From an uncultured Candidatus Saccharibacteria bacterium (GTDB taxonomy: Bacteria > Patescibacteriota > Minisyncoccia > UBA6257 > JAUSGH01): DNA of 64,000 nt. The DNA lies in contig CAYHUD010000001.1 in assembly GCA_964360025.1 (NCBI GenBank), forward strand, positions 3,922-67,921, in the 5' to 3' direction. The position numbers and the translations under genes are program-made. The notes beneath the pieces were generated by a model. It was not told the origin of the DNA. It saw only the letters and a list, made by a program, of their open reading frames with translations, and did no database searches. This document shows positions 9,106 to 20,201 of this stretch, piece after piece. Positions within the stretch are counted from its first letter, which is position 1. Every line of letters begins with the position of its first letter.

Positions 9106-9726
9106 ATGAAAGTCTTGATCGGGCTCATCGGGAAACCGCGCGTCGGCAAAGGAACTGTTGCCGGCATCATCACAAAACTTCTGGAGGAGAAAGGGATTAC
9201 AAGTAAAAACATGCGGTTCTCTGACCCGTTGAATGACATTCTCAAAATCCTCAATATTCCAAACTCCCGCACCAATCTGCAGAATCTTGCTCTCGTCTTA
9301 AGAAATGGGATCAGCGAAGATGTGCTTGCGCGTGCAATGGAACACAAAATCCTTCAAACAAAGGGGGATGTCATCATCCTGGATGGCATCCGGTGGATAC
9401 CGGATTTCGCGATGATAAAAAAGCTGGGCGGCATCACAATTTACATCAAGGCCAGTTTAGAAACCGCTTTCCGACGGACCCTGAGAAGTCAAGAAAAGGC
9501 AGGGGAATCCGAAACTACGCTGGATCAATTCCTCGCCCAACAAAAGGCAGAATCCGAAAAGTATATTGAGGCCATCGGCGAACATGCCGATTTCGTTTTG
9601 GAAAACGACGAGGACGACGATGCCTCTCCCTCGGCGCCAAAAGTTCTGACGCCGAGAGTGGAGATGATTATCGGGAATCTCGTAATCCCGATCCTGGAAA
9701 TCCCAACGGAGGAGGGGAAAGAATGA
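9106..9726 (+). CDS. P-loop NTPase, putative nucleotide/nucleoside kinase-like
   Basis: GGAGG RBS; P-loop GLIGKPRVGKGT near N-terminus; acidic C-terminal tail. Confidence 0.55.
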   Translation: MKVLIGLIGKPRVGKGTVAGIITKLLEEKGITSKNMRFSDPLNDILKILNIPNSRTNLQNLALVLRNGISEDVLARAMEHKILQTKGDVIILDGIRWIPDFAMIKKLGGITIYIKASLETAFRRTLRSQEKAGESETTLDQFLAQQKAESEKYIEAIGEHADFVLENDEDDDASPSAPKVLTPRVEMIIGNLVIPILEIPTEEGKE

Positions 9727-10199
9727 AAAGAATGTCCGTGATCGTTTTCGTTTCGCTGATTGCGATTACCCTCACTTACGTTTGGACGGGAAGTGTCGCC
9801 GCGCAGAACAAGCCGGTGGACGATCACCACAAGGCGAAGATTTTCAACTTCACGAATGTGAACGGCAGCGGCCGCGACAAGGCCGAGGCGGAAGTGAATG
9901 CGTGGCTTGCCGACAAGAACAACAAGGCGGCGGAGCCGATGGTGCTCTTCTGTTACAACGCACCGGCAGGAACCCTGCTTGTCACCGTCATCTGGAAGAA
10001 CGACGCGGTGACAAAGCCGTATCAGGTCAGGTTTTTTCCCATCACGGCCACAAACAGAGACAGCAAGAAAGAAAAGAACAAGAAGAAGAAGTCCCTGGAG
10101 GAAGAACTGAACGAGTTTTTCGCCGGAGTGACCCTGAAGCGGGTCTGGCAGGAGACCTCCGACGGAGTTGGAATGATCTTCGTCGTTTATCAGAAGTAA
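9723..10199 (+). CDS. secreted hypothetical protein (signal peptide MKRMSVIVFVSLIAITLTYVWTGSVAA)
   Basis: ATGA start/stop overlap with upstream gene; terminator follows. Confidence 0.55.
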   Translation: MKRMSVIVFVSLIAITLTYVWTGSVAAQNKPVDDHHKAKIFNFTNVNGSGRDKAEAEVNAWLADKNNKAAEPMVLFCYNAPAGTLLVTVIWKNDAVTKPYQVRFFPITATNRDSKKEKNKKKKSLEEELNEFFAGVTLKRVWQETSDGVGMIFVVYQK

Positions 10200-10205
10200 T
10201 CTCGT

Positions 10206-10250
10206 AACCCCATAGCTACAGCGTCAGGTGACGCACGCAGCTGTGGGGTG
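10206..10250 (+). terminator. rho-independent terminator (ccccatagctacagcg...cgcagctgtggggtgttttttt)
   Basis: long hairpin + T-run. Confidence 0.6.
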
Positions 10251-10259
10251 TTTTTTTAT

Positions 10260-10990
10260 TGAAAGTAGTTGGTAGTCCATAATTCATAATTCTTGATTCA
10301 TTATTCACTCCCTACCTCCCCCGCTCTCCCCTCCTGCTTGCCGCATTGCCTTATCCGGCAAGATATGGGGCTATAGTTGCCGATTGAAGAGTAGGGAAGC
10401 GGCAATCGGCAAATGTGGCAATTGCCGTGTAAAACAATGTGTTTTACATTTGTTTTACACTAATTTTAGAGCTTTTTAGAAGCCAATCGGTAGATAAAAC
10501 CTACATTATTTGAGTGTTTCGGGGTGTTTTACATAGTGTTTTCCATGGCCTACAAGCTCGGAAGCCGATCGTGCGATGAAACCTACATTATTTGCATTTT
10601 CGTGTTTTGGAGTGTTTGACGTTTTCCTTTTTTTACACACAATGGAAAACGTTAAACATCTTTTACCGGAAAAAAACTTTTTAAATTGCCGATTGAGGCA
10701 CATCAAGACGGCAATTCAATCGGCAAATGCGGCAATTTATGCGACTAATTGCCGCATCATACGGCAAAAAATGGTTGTAGTGTTTGACGTTAAACAAACA
10801 GTTAAAGTATGGCGAGATTGCCACGGGCCGACAACTGTCGGCCCTCGTAATGACAGATCGAGGAAAACGTCAAACATCGTTTTACACAGGAATTGGACAT
10901 GGATCATGAAACACGCATCATGGATCATGTGAGAACATGCGTCCCGTACTCCGTGTTATGTGTTATGTTAAACACACACGATGTTTCACG
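10260..10990. repeat. ~700-bp repeat-dense non-coding region (duplicated ~50-bp 'gccgattga.g...ggcaat.c..tcggcaaatg.ggcaatt' unit; 'aaacctacattatttg' x2; 'gtttgacgtt'/'aacgtcaaac'; 'gtgttttaca' motifs; family E copy at 10817-10855)
   Basis: direct reading; only short spurious ORFs. Confidence 0.6.
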
Positions 10991-10996
10991 TTTTCC

Positions 10997-11365
10997 ATGA
11001 CTAACCAAATTACGGGCAAAATAGGCGAAGATCTGGCGACCGACTATCTAACATCTCGCGGATATAAGCTAATTGAAAAAAACTACCGCCAGAAGTGGGG
11101 TGAGATTGACATAATAGTCAAATCATTGTCTGGTATTCTGGTCTTCGTTGAGGTTAAAACTCTTAACGGTATCCCCGACTCCGGCCTAACTCCCGAGGAT
11201 AACATCACCGCCTTTAAAATGCGGCAACTAAAAAAATGCGCTGAGTTTTACGCTGCAAAACATCCCGAGCTGATTAACGAAAAATCGGGGTGGCGAATTG
11301 ATGTTCTTGCTATAAATATTACCGAGGACTCGCCCGCCGATATCCGCCACTATGAAAATATCTAG
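10997..11365 (+). CDS. yraN: YraN/UPF0102-family endonuclease-like protein
   Basis: GEDLA.DYL...GY.LIEKNYRQKWGEIDII....GILVFVEVK signature; start at MTNQITGK. Confidence 0.7.
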   Translation: MTNQITGKIGEDLATDYLTSRGYKLIEKNYRQKWGEIDIIVKSLSGILVFVEVKTLNGIPDSGLTPEDNITAFKMRQLKKCAEFYAAKHPELINEKSGWRIDVLAINITEDSPADIRHYENI

Positions 11366-11386
11366 CCCCGCACTTTTACAATCTTT

Positions 11387-11429
11387 GGATACGCCACTTC
11401 CAAAGTAAAACTTTGGAAGTGGCGTATCC
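11387..11429 (+). terminator. perfect 19-bp stem hairpin (ggatacgccacttccaaag-taaaa-ctttggaagtggcgtatcc)
   Basis: follows yraN stop; weak T-run, so it may instead act as a regulatory hairpin. Confidence 0.45.
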
Positions 11430-11455
11430 ACGTTTGCATATTTGGATGCGGCGAA

Positions 11456-11483
11456 TTGACTTTCTGTAGGATGTTGCTATACT
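11456..11483 (+). promoter_or_regulatory. sigma70-type promoter TTGACT-N16-TATACT upstream of nusA
   Basis: hexamers read directly. Confidence 0.4.
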
Positions 11484-11551
11484 CATAATATGGATTAAAG
11501 GTCGCTCGCGAAGCGGCCTTTATTCTTGAATTACAAAATACAAAAAATAAT

Positions 11552-12751
11552 ATGATTGATTTAAAAAGTTTATCAAAAGCGGTGTCTCAGGTTGCAGAAG
11601 AAAAAGGTATTGATGCCAATCAGGTTTTGGACGCGATTGAGTCGTCTATCGCCGCGGCCTATAAAAAGGAGTATGAAAAGCGCGGTGAAATTATTAAATC
11701 CAAATTCAGTCTCAAAACCGGAGACATGAAGTTCTGGCAGGTGAAAGTCGTCGTGGACGAAACGACGGTTGATATGACCAAGCCCGAGGAAAACACGGAA
11801 GAAATAAATTCACAAAATGAGAGATCTGCCCCCGCCGAATTTACGACTGAAGGCGAAGACAAACTGCCGCGCTATAACTCCGACCGCCATATATTAATAG
11901 AAGAGGCGAAAAAAATTAAGGAAGATGTGAAGCTCGGAGAGGAAATGGAGTTCCCTCTGGAACCGCGGGAGGATTTCGGACGCATCGCCGCACAGACGGC
12001 AAAGCAGGTTATCTTACAGAAACTTCGCGAAGCGGAAAGAGAATCAATTCTTAAAGAATTCCACAATCGCGAAGGTGAAATCGTAAGCGGACTTGTGCAG
12101 AGAATTGAGCGCAATAATATCTATATTGATCTGGGACGCACCGTCGGCGTAATGTTTTTCAACGAATCAATTCCCAACGAACACTACCGTATCGGCGAAC
12201 GCCTGCGCTTCTTAATACTCGCCGTGCAAAATGACGCGAGACTGCCGGGAATTATTTTATCCCGCGCGCATCCGAAATTTATCAACAAATTATTCTCCAT
12301 TGAGGTGCCGGAAATTGCCGATGGCAGCGTGGAGATGAAGGCTATCGCCCGCGAACCCGGAAGCCGCACCAAAATCGCCGTCCACTCTAACGTCTCCGGT
12401 ATTGATCCCGTGGGATCCTGCGTGGGACAACGCGGCACGCGCGTGATGGCGCTTTCCAATGAGCTTGGACAGGAAAAACTGGATATCATTGAGTGGTCCG
12501 ATGACGCCGCGAAATTCATCGGCAATTCCCTCTCGCCCGCCAAGGTTTCCAAAGTGGAAGCCCTGCCGCACAACGAAGCCCGGGTTTATGTCCCCGAAGA
12601 TCAGCTAAGTCTCGCTATCGGACGTGGCGGACAAAATGTCCGTCTCGCGGCCAAACTCACCGGCTGGAAAATAGACGTGCGTTCCGAAACACGCCCCACG
12701 GAAGAACAAAACGGCGGGGTGGCGGACGCGGTTTCCGGCGCTAAAGAATAA
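11552..12751 (+). CDS. nusA: transcription termination/antitermination factor NusA
   Basis: N-terminal domain, S1 and two KH regions (…GSRTKIAVHSNVSGIDPVGSCVGQRGTRV…). Confidence 0.9.
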   Translation: MIDLKSLSKAVSQVAEEKGIDANQVLDAIESSIAAAYKKEYEKRGEIIKSKFSLKTGDMKFWQVKVVVDETTVDMTKPEENTEEINSQNERSAPAEFTTEGEDKLPRYNSDRHILIEEAKKIKEDVKLGEEMEFPLEPREDFGRIAAQTAKQVILQKLREAERESILKEFHNREGEIVSGLVQRIERNNIYIDLGRTVGVMFFNESIPNEHYRIGERLRFLILAVQNDARLPGIILSRAHPKFINKLFSIEVPEIADGSVEMKAIAREPGSRTKIAVHSNVSGIDPVGSCVGQRGTRVMALSNELGQEKLDIIEWSDDAAKFIGNSLSPAKVSKVEALPHNEARVYVPEDQLSLAIGRGGQNVRLAAKLTGWKIDVRSETRPTEEQNGGVADAVSGAKE

Positions 12752-12787
12752 AGTCGGATATTAAAAAATAAAAATTAAAAAAAATAA

Positions 12788-14755
12788 ATGTCATATTATT
12801 TCATATTCGTTCCCGTAGGCGTTGCACTTCTCTGGAGCGCGTACATCATGCTTTGGTTAATGAAGCAGAATAAAGGCAATGAAAAAATGCAGGAAATTTC
12901 CCGCGCCATTCAGGAGGGTTCCAGCGCGTATCTTAACAGGCAATATAAAGCCGTCTCCGTAGTCGCATTCATACTTCTGATAGTTTTATACTTCGCTCTC
13001 GGCGCCACGGCGGCTGTCGGATTTCTTATCGGGGCGGTCGCATCAGCTGTCGCCGGATATATCGGCATGAACATCGCGGTCCGCGCCAACGCGCGCACGG
13101 CGCAAGCGGCATCAGGAGGAATGATGAGCGCGCTCTCCCTGGCTTTTAAAGCAGGGTCTGTCACGGGATATCTCGTTGTGGCTCTGGGACTACTGGCTGT
13201 CGCCGGATTTTACTTCGCAACGGGAGATGCCAAGGCGCTTGTCGGACTTAGCTTTGGAGCCAGCTTGATTTCCATTTTTGCCCGACTGGGTGGAGGAATT
13301 TTTACAAAAGCGGCGGATGTCGGAACCGACCTCGTGGGAAAAGTTGAGGCGGGCATACCCGAAGACGATCCGCGTAATCCGGGCGTAATCGCCGACAATG
13401 TGGGTGACAATGTGGGTGACTGCGCAGGAATGGCCGCCGATCTTTTTGAAACATACGCCGTCACGCTTTCCGCCGCGATGCTCCTAGGATCGCTCACTCT
13501 TGGTGAAAACGCCGTTGTTTTCCCGCTAGTCCTGGGAGGCGCCGCGATCATTGCTTCCATCGTCGGAGGAATGTTTGTGCGGCTCGGCAAATCTACGATC
13601 ATGGGCGCCCTCTATAAAGGACTTGTGGCATCCATCGTCCTTTCCGCCGGAATGTTTTACTGGTTATCTAAGATTTATTTTGCCGACACCTATCTCCCGA
13701 TATTTTTGGCATCAGCCATTGGCCTCGCTGTCACGGCGCTGATGGTTGTCGTAACCGACTACTATACGGCAAAGAAATTCCGTCCGGTTAAGTCCATCGC
13801 CGAGGCCTCTCGCTCAGGACACGGCACTAATATCATCATGGGGCTTTCTGTGGGAATGGAGTCCACCGTTTTGCCGATTGCGATCATAGTCGCGGGCATC
13901 GGCGGAGCATATGCTCTCGCCGGACTCTACGGCATAGCTATCGCCGCGACCGCCATGCTTTCCGTCGCTGGGATAGTCGTTGCTATTGATTCCTTCGGGC
14001 CTATCACAGACAACGCCGGCGGTATCGCCGAGATGACGGGCGCTCCGGAAGAAATCAGAAACATAACCGACGCGTTGGACGCTGTCGGCAATACGACCAA
14101 AGCCGTGACCAAGGGCTATGCCATCGCTTCCGCGGGACTTGCCGCGCTCGTGCTTTTTGCCGGATACACGGAGGAACTGCTTGCTCTCGGAAAGGCAACC
14201 GTATTTGAACTGCAAGACCCGACGGTTGTCATCGGGCTTTTACTCGGAGCCGCCGTCCCCTATCTTTTCGCTTCCATTGCAATGAAAGCTGTGGGTGAAA
14301 CCGCGGGCGCGGTCGTAGAAGAAGTGCGCCGCCAGTTCCGTGAAATAAAAGGTATTATGGACGGCACGGCCAAACCGGAATACGGCAAAGCGGTGGATAT
14401 TGTTACCAAAGCCGCCCTCCGCAAAATGATCGTCCCCGCTATTATCCCGATTGCAAGCGTGCTTTTTGTGGGCCTGGTTCTAGGGAGCACGGCGCTCGGA
14501 GGATTTCTAATGGGCACTATTATTTCCGGGCTGTTTGTCGCGATCTCTATGACTTCCGGCGGAGCCGCCTGGGACAACGCCAAGAAATATATTGAAAGTG
14601 GTAACTTCGGAGGCAAAGGTTCCGACGCGCATAAAGCGGCGGTAACCGGAGACACGGTCGGCGATCCCTACAAAGACACCGCCGGACCAGCCGTGAATCC
14701 CCTGATCAAAGTCATAAATATTGTAGCTCTGCTTATCGTTCCATTTCTTAAATAG
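12788..14755 (+). CDS. hppA: K+-stimulated membrane pyrophosphatase (H+/Na+-translocating PPase)
   Basis: multi-TM; diagnostic motifs [41 protein letters not shown]. Confidence 0.95.
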   Translation: MSYYFIFVPVGVALLWSAYIMLWLMKQNKGNEKMQEISRAIQEGSSAYLNRQYKAVSVVAFILLIVLYFALGATAAVGFLIGAVASAVAGYIGMNIAVRANARTAQAASGGMMSALSLAFKAGSVTGYLVVALGLLAVAGFYFATGDAKALVGLSFGASLISIFARLGGGIFTKAADVGTDLVGKVEAGIPEDDPRNPGVIADNVGDNVGDCAGMAADLFETYAVTLSAAMLLGSLTLGENAVVFPLVLGGAAIIASIVGGMFVRLGKSTIMGALYKGLVASIVLSAGMFYWLSKIYFADTYLPIFLASAIGLAVTALMVVVTDYYTAKKFRPVKSIAEASRSGHGTNIIMGLSVGMESTVLPIAIIVAGIGGAYALAGLYGIAIAATAMLSVAGIVVAIDSFGPITDNAGGIAEMTGAPEEIRNITDALDAVGNTTKAVTKGYAIASAGLAALVLFAGYTEELLALGKATVFELQDPTVVIGLLLGAAVPYLFASIAMKAVGETAGAVVEEVRRQFREIKGIMDGTAKPEYGKAVDIVTKAALRKMIVPAIIPIASVLFVGLVLGSTALGGFLMGTIISGLFVAISMTSGGAAWDNAKKYIESGNFGGKGSDAHKAAVTGDTVGDPYKDTAGPAVNPLIKVINIVALLIVPFLK

Positions 14756-14857
14756 GAAGCGCGCGCAATACCACAAAACCCCGCTCTGGCAAAGAACGGG
14801 GTTTTGTGGTTAAGATAACTTAGGATAAAAGCACTTTGAAAAATGCGGAGGCGATCC

Positions 14858-15436
14858 ATGAAAGTACGGCGCTTTATGACAGCGATTGACGGAACGTGCC
14901 CCGCGACGAACTGCAAGAAATTCGCCATTTTTTTGAAGCGACTAGCTAAGGTGAAGTTTCTGGGAAGCGACTTTGACGGAGTGATGACCGACGGCTTTGC
15001 CTATATAAGCGAAGACGGCAAGCAATCAGTAAGATGCAGCGAAAAAGACGCGATGGGAATACACATTATGAAACTGATTGGCATCGTTCCTTTCGTTATT
15101 TCCGGTAAACAGAACAAAATCGTCGCCGCAAGATGCAAGACTATCGGCATTGACTGCGTTTACGGTGCCATCGGAAGTCCCCGATGCAAAGAGGAAGCAC
15201 TACTTAAAAAGCTCGCTGAACTGGGCCTCTCTCCGGATCAAGCTTTGTTCATCGGAGATGATATCAACGACAAAGGGATTTTGGATAAAGTCGGAGTGGC
15301 TTTCGCCGTTCGCGACGCTCATCCCGAAATCCTCAAAATCGTGGACTACGTCACGGCGGCCAAAGGCGGCGAACATGCCGTGCGCGAGGTCTGCGATTTG
15401 ATACTCGGCGCCCTCGGACTCCAACCCGAAGTATAG
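14858..15436 (+). CDS. HAD-IIIA hydrolase, KdsC/YrbI-like (KDO 8-phosphate phosphatase family)
   Basis: motif GSDFDGVMTDG and IGDDINDKGILDKVGVAFAV; GGAGG RBS. Confidence 0.7.
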   Translation: MKVRRFMTAIDGTCPATNCKKFAIFLKRLAKVKFLGSDFDGVMTDGFAYISEDGKQSVRCSEKDAMGIHIMKLIGIVPFVISGKQNKIVAARCKTIGIDCVYGAIGSPRCKEEALLKKLAELGLSPDQALFIGDDINDKGILDKVGVAFAVRDAHPEILKIVDYVTAAKGGEHAVREVCDLILGALGLQPEV

Positions 15437-15446
15437 GGAGGAAGAA

Positions 15447-16208
15447 ATGAGAAACCTCCTCGGAATAGCCATGGCGATAACGACGATTTTCATCGGCTGC
15501 GCCTCGCCTCCTCCAACCGTTACACAAAAGCCCGTTGTCGCGGCAAAAAACGAACCGCCCCAAAATACCAAACCGGTAAAACCTCCCACGAATCCCCCAC
15601 CCGCAAAACCCAAAATACAGGATAATAAAAACAGTCGAGCGAAGATACCTCCCGACTTTCCGATACCGATATATAATGCCACGGAAAATGACTGGGAAAT
15701 CATCCGTGACACATTTGCCGACCAGGCACCCGAGCTCATTCGCTCAATCAAAAACATCACCATTTACGCGGACAATTCCACGCATCACTTTGAGGGGTCG
15801 CACGCGGCGCACACCGAACCCAACGGAAACGTTTGTTTTCTCCGGAAGTTCATGACGCCGAGCATTATCCGCCACGAAGCCGTCCACTCTCTGGAAAATA
15901 AACTTTCAAGCGAAGATATCCGGAAATGGATAAATATTACCGGCGAAGACGAATATATCCAACTTGCAAAACTGCCGGATAACGCCTTTCCGCTCTTGGG
16001 CATCATCATCAAACGCGGGGCGGATAATTATTCAGAAGATATGGGAGAGTGGGTGGAAGCGATCGTGCGCTGCAGCCAGGGCCTCACGCATCCGTTTCTC
16101 AAAATACAGAAAGCCGATCCCCGCTACCGCGAAAAACTCCGATTTTTCCGTGATCATAAAGCCATAAATAACAAGGAGTACGAAAAAATACTTTCTTACT
16201 TCCATTAG
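15447..16208 (+). CDS. putative lipoprotein with HExxH motif (HEAVH), Pro-rich linker
   Basis: signal peptide + lipobox-like IFIGCAS; paralogous to 16289-16951. Confidence 0.55.
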   Translation: MRNLLGIAMAITTIFIGCASPPPTVTQKPVVAAKNEPPQNTKPVKPPTNPPPAKPKIQDNKNSRAKIPPDFPIPIYNATENDWEIIRDTFADQAPELIRSIKNITIYADNSTHHFEGSHAAHTEPNGNVCFLRKFMTPSIIRHEAVHSLENKLSSEDIRKWINITGEDEYIQLAKLPDNAFPLLGIIIKRGADNYSEDMGEWVEAIVRCSQGLTHPFLKIQKADPRYREKLRFFRDHKAINNKEYEKILSYFH

Positions 16209-16288
16209 CCCTCGAGGGTCTCGGGGGTGTTTTTTTTAATCATTGATATATATTAAACAATAGCTCTTATCAAACGGAGGATGGGCAG

Positions 16289-16951
16289 ATGGAAAAACTG
16301 GGCGCGTCAAACAAACTCCTCATCCTGATTTTCATCCTGGGTTGCGGCGTCAATCACGAGAATCCGCAATCCAAATCCAAATTTCTTTACAGAGAACCGG
16401 CAAATAATGTCAAAATATCCGGCGCAATAAAAAAATACAGCGAGTATTTCATACGCGAAACGTTGGGAGCAATGACGAAGGAAACACAGGAAGCAGTGGG
16501 ACAAATAATTGTCTGTCCAAGTCGCGACGACTGTAAGGATTTTACAGAAAAAGAAGTCGGACACTGCCACTATCCGGAAATCAAGATATGCATTCTAGAA
16601 AGAAAGTTGTCCCGAGGCGCAGTGTGGCATGAAGCGGAGCATGCCGCCTATCATAAGCTGGGCGAAGAAACTTGGGCGGAGTGGAAAAAAATTGCCGGCG
16701 ATGTCTACGGCAAGGTCTCAAAAAAATACCCCAGAGAAGGCGTGCTGGACGACTATGCAGCCAAAGATCATTTTGAAGACGTGGCGATGTGGGTGGAATA
16801 TTGCTATTCATATTGCGATGGCCTCTGGACGCCATTTCCAAAAATCAAAGACAAAGACGATCCCCGCTACATTCAAAAACTAAGCTTCCTCCTGCAAAAG
16901 AAAAAGATCTCCCGGGAAATTTACGATAAGATCTTGCCGCTCCTAAAGTAG
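16289..16951 (+). CDS. putative lipoprotein with HExxH motif (HEAEH), paralogue of 15447-16208
   Basis: signal peptide ILGCGV; conserved C-terminal DPRY..KL.F tail shared with neighbour. Confidence 0.55.
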   Translation: MEKLGASNKLLILIFILGCGVNHENPQSKSKFLYREPANNVKISGAIKKYSEYFIRETLGAMTKETQEAVGQIIVCPSRDDCKDFTEKEVGHCHYPEIKICILERKLSRGAVWHEAEHAAYHKLGEETWAEWKKIAGDVYGKVSKKYPREGVLDDYAAKDHFEDVAMWVEYCYSYCDGLWTPFPKIKDKDDPRYIQKLSFLLQKKKISREIYDKILPLLK

Positions 16952-17034
16952 GGGCGGTTTTTCTTGACTACACCCTAACAACCTGTTAAATTAGGCCTAG
17001 TATCCGGTTCTTTGTTATAAAAGAAGGGGGTGAA

Positions 17035-18276
17035 ATGACCGAGGCAGGAACCCTCGACGTATTTACCGATTGGTATCTGAAACAGTTTCCGCCGCAACAA
17101 GAACTTGCAGAGCGGCGCGTTGCCATAAAAAAAGAATATCCGATTGTTGATGCCCAAACGTTCCGCGCCGCGGATGTACGCCTGATTTTCCCCCACTTGA
17201 CGCAAGCGGACTGGACGCCCATCTTAGACGAAAAAGGCAAAATTAAGTCCCTGACAAAAGACGGGGTTGAAATCACAACCGGCATCGGCTGGTGCACACT
17301 CCGGATCAGTATCCCATTTTCCACCCATCTCTTCATCGCGGCTAGGATGATAGAGGAAGTAGAAAATGAAGTCGCCGACCTATGTTGGGAAAAAAAGATG
17401 CGGGTTCTGGGATACGGTATTCAACCGCTCAGCTATCCGGACAGATATTTCTCCGTGCCGGAATATGGCACATCTCTATTCCAGAACAGGAGACTGCACC
17501 CCCATGTAGATCCGCTAACTATCGCCGCGAGGGATGTGGTGCTCGTAGAAATGAACCGCGAAGAGATCTCACAAGCGATAAACATTTTGAACGCACTAAG
17601 CGGGCCGATTATCTGGCTCTTCGCCAATTCCCCGGTGTGGAGGGGCGAAATGGACCCCCTCTCCAGAATGGCAGTGCGAGCGGACGCGGGAACCGCTATG
17701 ACCGAGAGTATGTTCGGCGGAACTCCGCCTATTATCTTTGGGAATAACAAGGACTTGATTTCGTACTTAACAAGCCATTTCTCCGAACGAAAACTGCTCC
17801 GGAGATTGCAATCCAAAGAACATGATTGGCGGGAAGACTGGACGGATTACGAAGAACACATATGGCTTGATGCCCGTCCGAGAACGAAATACAAAGCGCT
17901 GGAAATCATCGTGCCCTGCTCGCAAAAAACAGGGGAAAACAGACACCTTATGGCGCTCATCCTCGGTCTCATGGAAAATCTGAACGGAGCCAGTAAGCTT
18001 TTGGATGATTTCCTCATGAGAAACAGAGTGAATCTTCGCAGATTCGCAATTTGCAATCCTCCTTCGGACGCCATGAGTGGTCTGATAGAAAAAATGCTAA
18101 GCGTCTCCCGTGAAGGACTGAAAAAAAGGGGGTATGAGGAAGAAATATTCCTCACCCATCTTCGGACACGGCTTAGAGAATGCAAAAATCCGGCAACAGA
18201 AGCATTGAAGATTTTCAAGCAGAGAAACGGCATGCCCCGACTCATTGACTCCGTTGATGTGCGAAACGTGCCCTAA
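17035..18276 (+). CDS. carboxylate-amine ligase, glutamate-cysteine ligase family 2 (YbdK-like)
   Basis: segments LFANSPVWRGEMDP and RPRTKYKALEIIVPCS parallel YbdK LSAASPYMQGTDT / RP..VEVRVMD. Confidence 0.5.
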   Translation: MTEAGTLDVFTDWYLKQFPPQQELAERRVAIKKEYPIVDAQTFRAADVRLIFPHLTQADWTPILDEKGKIKSLTKDGVEITTGIGWCTLRISIPFSTHLFIAARMIEEVENEVADLCWEKKMRVLGYGIQPLSYPDRYFSVPEYGTSLFQNRRLHPHVDPLTIAARDVVLVEMNREEISQAINILNALSGPIIWLFANSPVWRGEMDPLSRMAVRADAGTAMTESMFGGTPPIIFGNNKDLISYLTSHFSERKLLRRLQSKEHDWREDWTDYEEHIWLDARPRTKYKALEIIVPCSQKTGENRHLMALILGLMENLNGASKLLDDFLMRNRVNLRRFAICNPPSDAMSGLIEKMLSVSREGLKKRGYEEEIFLTHLRTRLRECKNPATEALKIFKQRNGMPRLIDSVDVRNVP

Positions 18277-18360
18277 CATTGGGGGACCAAATAACGGTTC
18301 CCCTCTTTTTTTATTAAAATTCTTGATTAAACATGGTATTTTTGTTATAATAAGCACACT

Positions 18361-19572
18361 ATGAAATCAACATTTAAAAAACTTAAAGGATCTAAAATCG
18401 CGCTGGAAGTGACCGTGGAACCGCAGGATTTTCAAAAATACTGGGACTCGGCCTACGAAAGGGCGGTTTCCAATGTCTCTATCAAAGGATTTCGTCCGGG
18501 CGCTGCTCCCAAGGAACTCGCCGACAATGCCATCAACAAAGCTCTGGTTATGGAAAATGCTGTAAACGACGCCGTGCGTTTCACTCTTAATAAAATTACC
18601 GATGAAAACTCCTGGACCATGATTGACAAGCCTAAAGTTGAAGTCGTCTCCGAAAACAGTCCGCTGGAAAAAAGCGGCTTCAAATACACCGCCGAGCTCG
18701 TGCTATATCCGGAAATAACTCTCCCCGATTATAAAAAGATTGCGGCGAAGATCCGCGAGGAGAAACATGAGGTTGCCGTCACTGCGGAAGAAATCAGCCA
18801 GTCTTTGGAATGGCTCCGCAAATCGCGCGCGCCCCTCGTACTCGTAGCTCGTCCCGCTCGGAAAGGCGATGTGGTGGAAGTTGATTTTGAAGCCGATGGC
18901 AAACCGGCAACGGATAAATTTGAGCTGGGTGAGGGGAAATTCATCCCGGGCTTTGAAGAAAATATAGAAAACAAAAAGGGCGGCGATGAATTTTCTTTTA
19001 CCATCAAAGCGCCAAATGATTATTGGAAAGAAGAAATGCGCGGCAAAGATATTGCCTTCAAAGTGAAGCTGAAAAGCGTCTTTGAGATGAACGCCCCTGA
19101 AGCAAATGACGAATTCGCGAAGACGCTCGGCAAATTTGAAAACTTGGAAGATCTGAAGAAGAATATCAACGAGGGGCTAAAAGCCGAGAAAGAAAATAAA
19201 GAAGCGGACCGCATCAAAGTGAAAATACTGGAGGGAATCTGCGAGGGAACCAAAGCGGATTTGCCCGAAATCTTTATAGAAAAAACGCTGGACGGACTGG
19301 TAGAGGAACTGCGGAAAACGATTGAAGGCGCGGGCAAGAAGGCCGAGGATGCGCGAGGAGACCTGCGGAAAGCTGCGGAGCGGAGAGTGCTCGCCAATAT
19401 CGTCATCCATGAGATAGCAAAGCAGGAACATCTGGAGCCGTCCAAAGAAGAAGTGGAAGAGGAGTCCAAATTTCACGCCGGAGAGACCAAAGGACTTGAC
19501 GTTTCCAGATTTTATGATTACATTTACGGTATCTTAATCAATAAAAAAGTCTTTGAATTATTGCAGAAATAA
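18361..19572 (+). CDS. tig: trigger factor
   Basis: GFRPG motif near N-terminus, size, classical position immediately upstream of clpP. Confidence 0.7.
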   Translation: MKSTFKKLKGSKIALEVTVEPQDFQKYWDSAYERAVSNVSIKGFRPGAAPKELADNAINKALVMENAVNDAVRFTLNKITDENSWTMIDKPKVEVVSENSPLEKSGFKYTAELVLYPEITLPDYKKIAAKIREEKHEVAVTAEEISQSLEWLRKSRAPLVLVARPARKGDVVEVDFEADGKPATDKFELGEGKFIPGFEENIENKKGGDEFSFTIKAPNDYWKEEMRGKDIAFKVKLKSVFEMNAPEANDEFAKTLGKFENLEDLKKNINEGLKAEKENKEADRIKVKILEGICEGTKADLPEIFIEKTLDGLVEELRKTIEGAGKKAEDARGDLRKAAERRVLANIVIHEIAKQEHLEPSKEEVEEESKFHAGETKGLDVSRFYDYIYGILINKKVFELLQK

Positions 19573-19573
19573 C

Positions 19574-20182
19574 ATGAAAAATAAATCCGTAACAAACGAA
19601 TATCTGATTCCCACAGTCATAGAGAAATCAATGCACGGCGAACGGGCGTATGACATCTACTCTCGCCTGCTCAAAGAACGCATCGTATTTTTAAGCGGAC
19701 AAATCAACGACGGCCTGGCGAATACCGTCATCGCCCAGCTTTTGTTTTTAGAGCACGAAGACCCGAAAAAAGATATTCAGCTCTATATCAATAGCCCTGG
19801 CGGTTCAGTTTCCGCCGGTCTCGCCATTTATGACACGATCCAATACATCAAACCCGATGTTTCCACGATCTGCGTCGGCATGGCTGCCTCTATGGGCGCG
19901 GTACTACTCGGCGCCGGGAAAAAAGGCAAAAGATTTGCCCTCCCGAATGCCGAAATAATGCTCCATCAGGTGATGGGCGGAGCGGAAGGACAAGCGGTGG
20001 ACGTGGAAATTTCCGCAAAACACATCATTAAGATAAAAGAGAAATTAAATCAGATTCTTGCCAAGCATACCGGCCAACCGATTTCTAAAATTGATAAAGA
20101 CACCGATCGCGACTACTATATGTCGGCCGGCGAGGCGAAAGAATACGGACTGATTGATGAAATGGTGAAAAATAAGAGGTAG
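19574..20182 (+). CDS. clpP: ATP-dependent Clp protease proteolytic subunit
   Basis: catalytic region ...[39 protein letters not shown]...MLHQ. Confidence 0.95.
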   Translation: MKNKSVTNEYLIPTVIEKSMHGERAYDIYSRLLKERIVFLSGQINDGLANTVIAQLLFLEHEDPKKDIQLYINSPGGSVSAGLAIYDTIQYIKPDVSTICVGMAASMGAVLLGAGKKGKRFALPNAEIMLHQVMGGAEGQAVDVEISAKHIIKIKEKLNQILAKHTGQPISKIDKDTDRDYYMSAGEAKEYGLIDEMVKNKR

Positions 20183-20201
20183 GATTGCTTCGGAAGAGCT
20201 C

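Noticed and set aside
10260-10990. Chromosomal origin of replication (oriC)
   Set aside because: No clear DnaA-box (TTATCCACA) clusters. rnpA-yidC-jag at the window end implies dnaA/oriC lies beyond 64 kb. Kept only as an unexplained repeat region.
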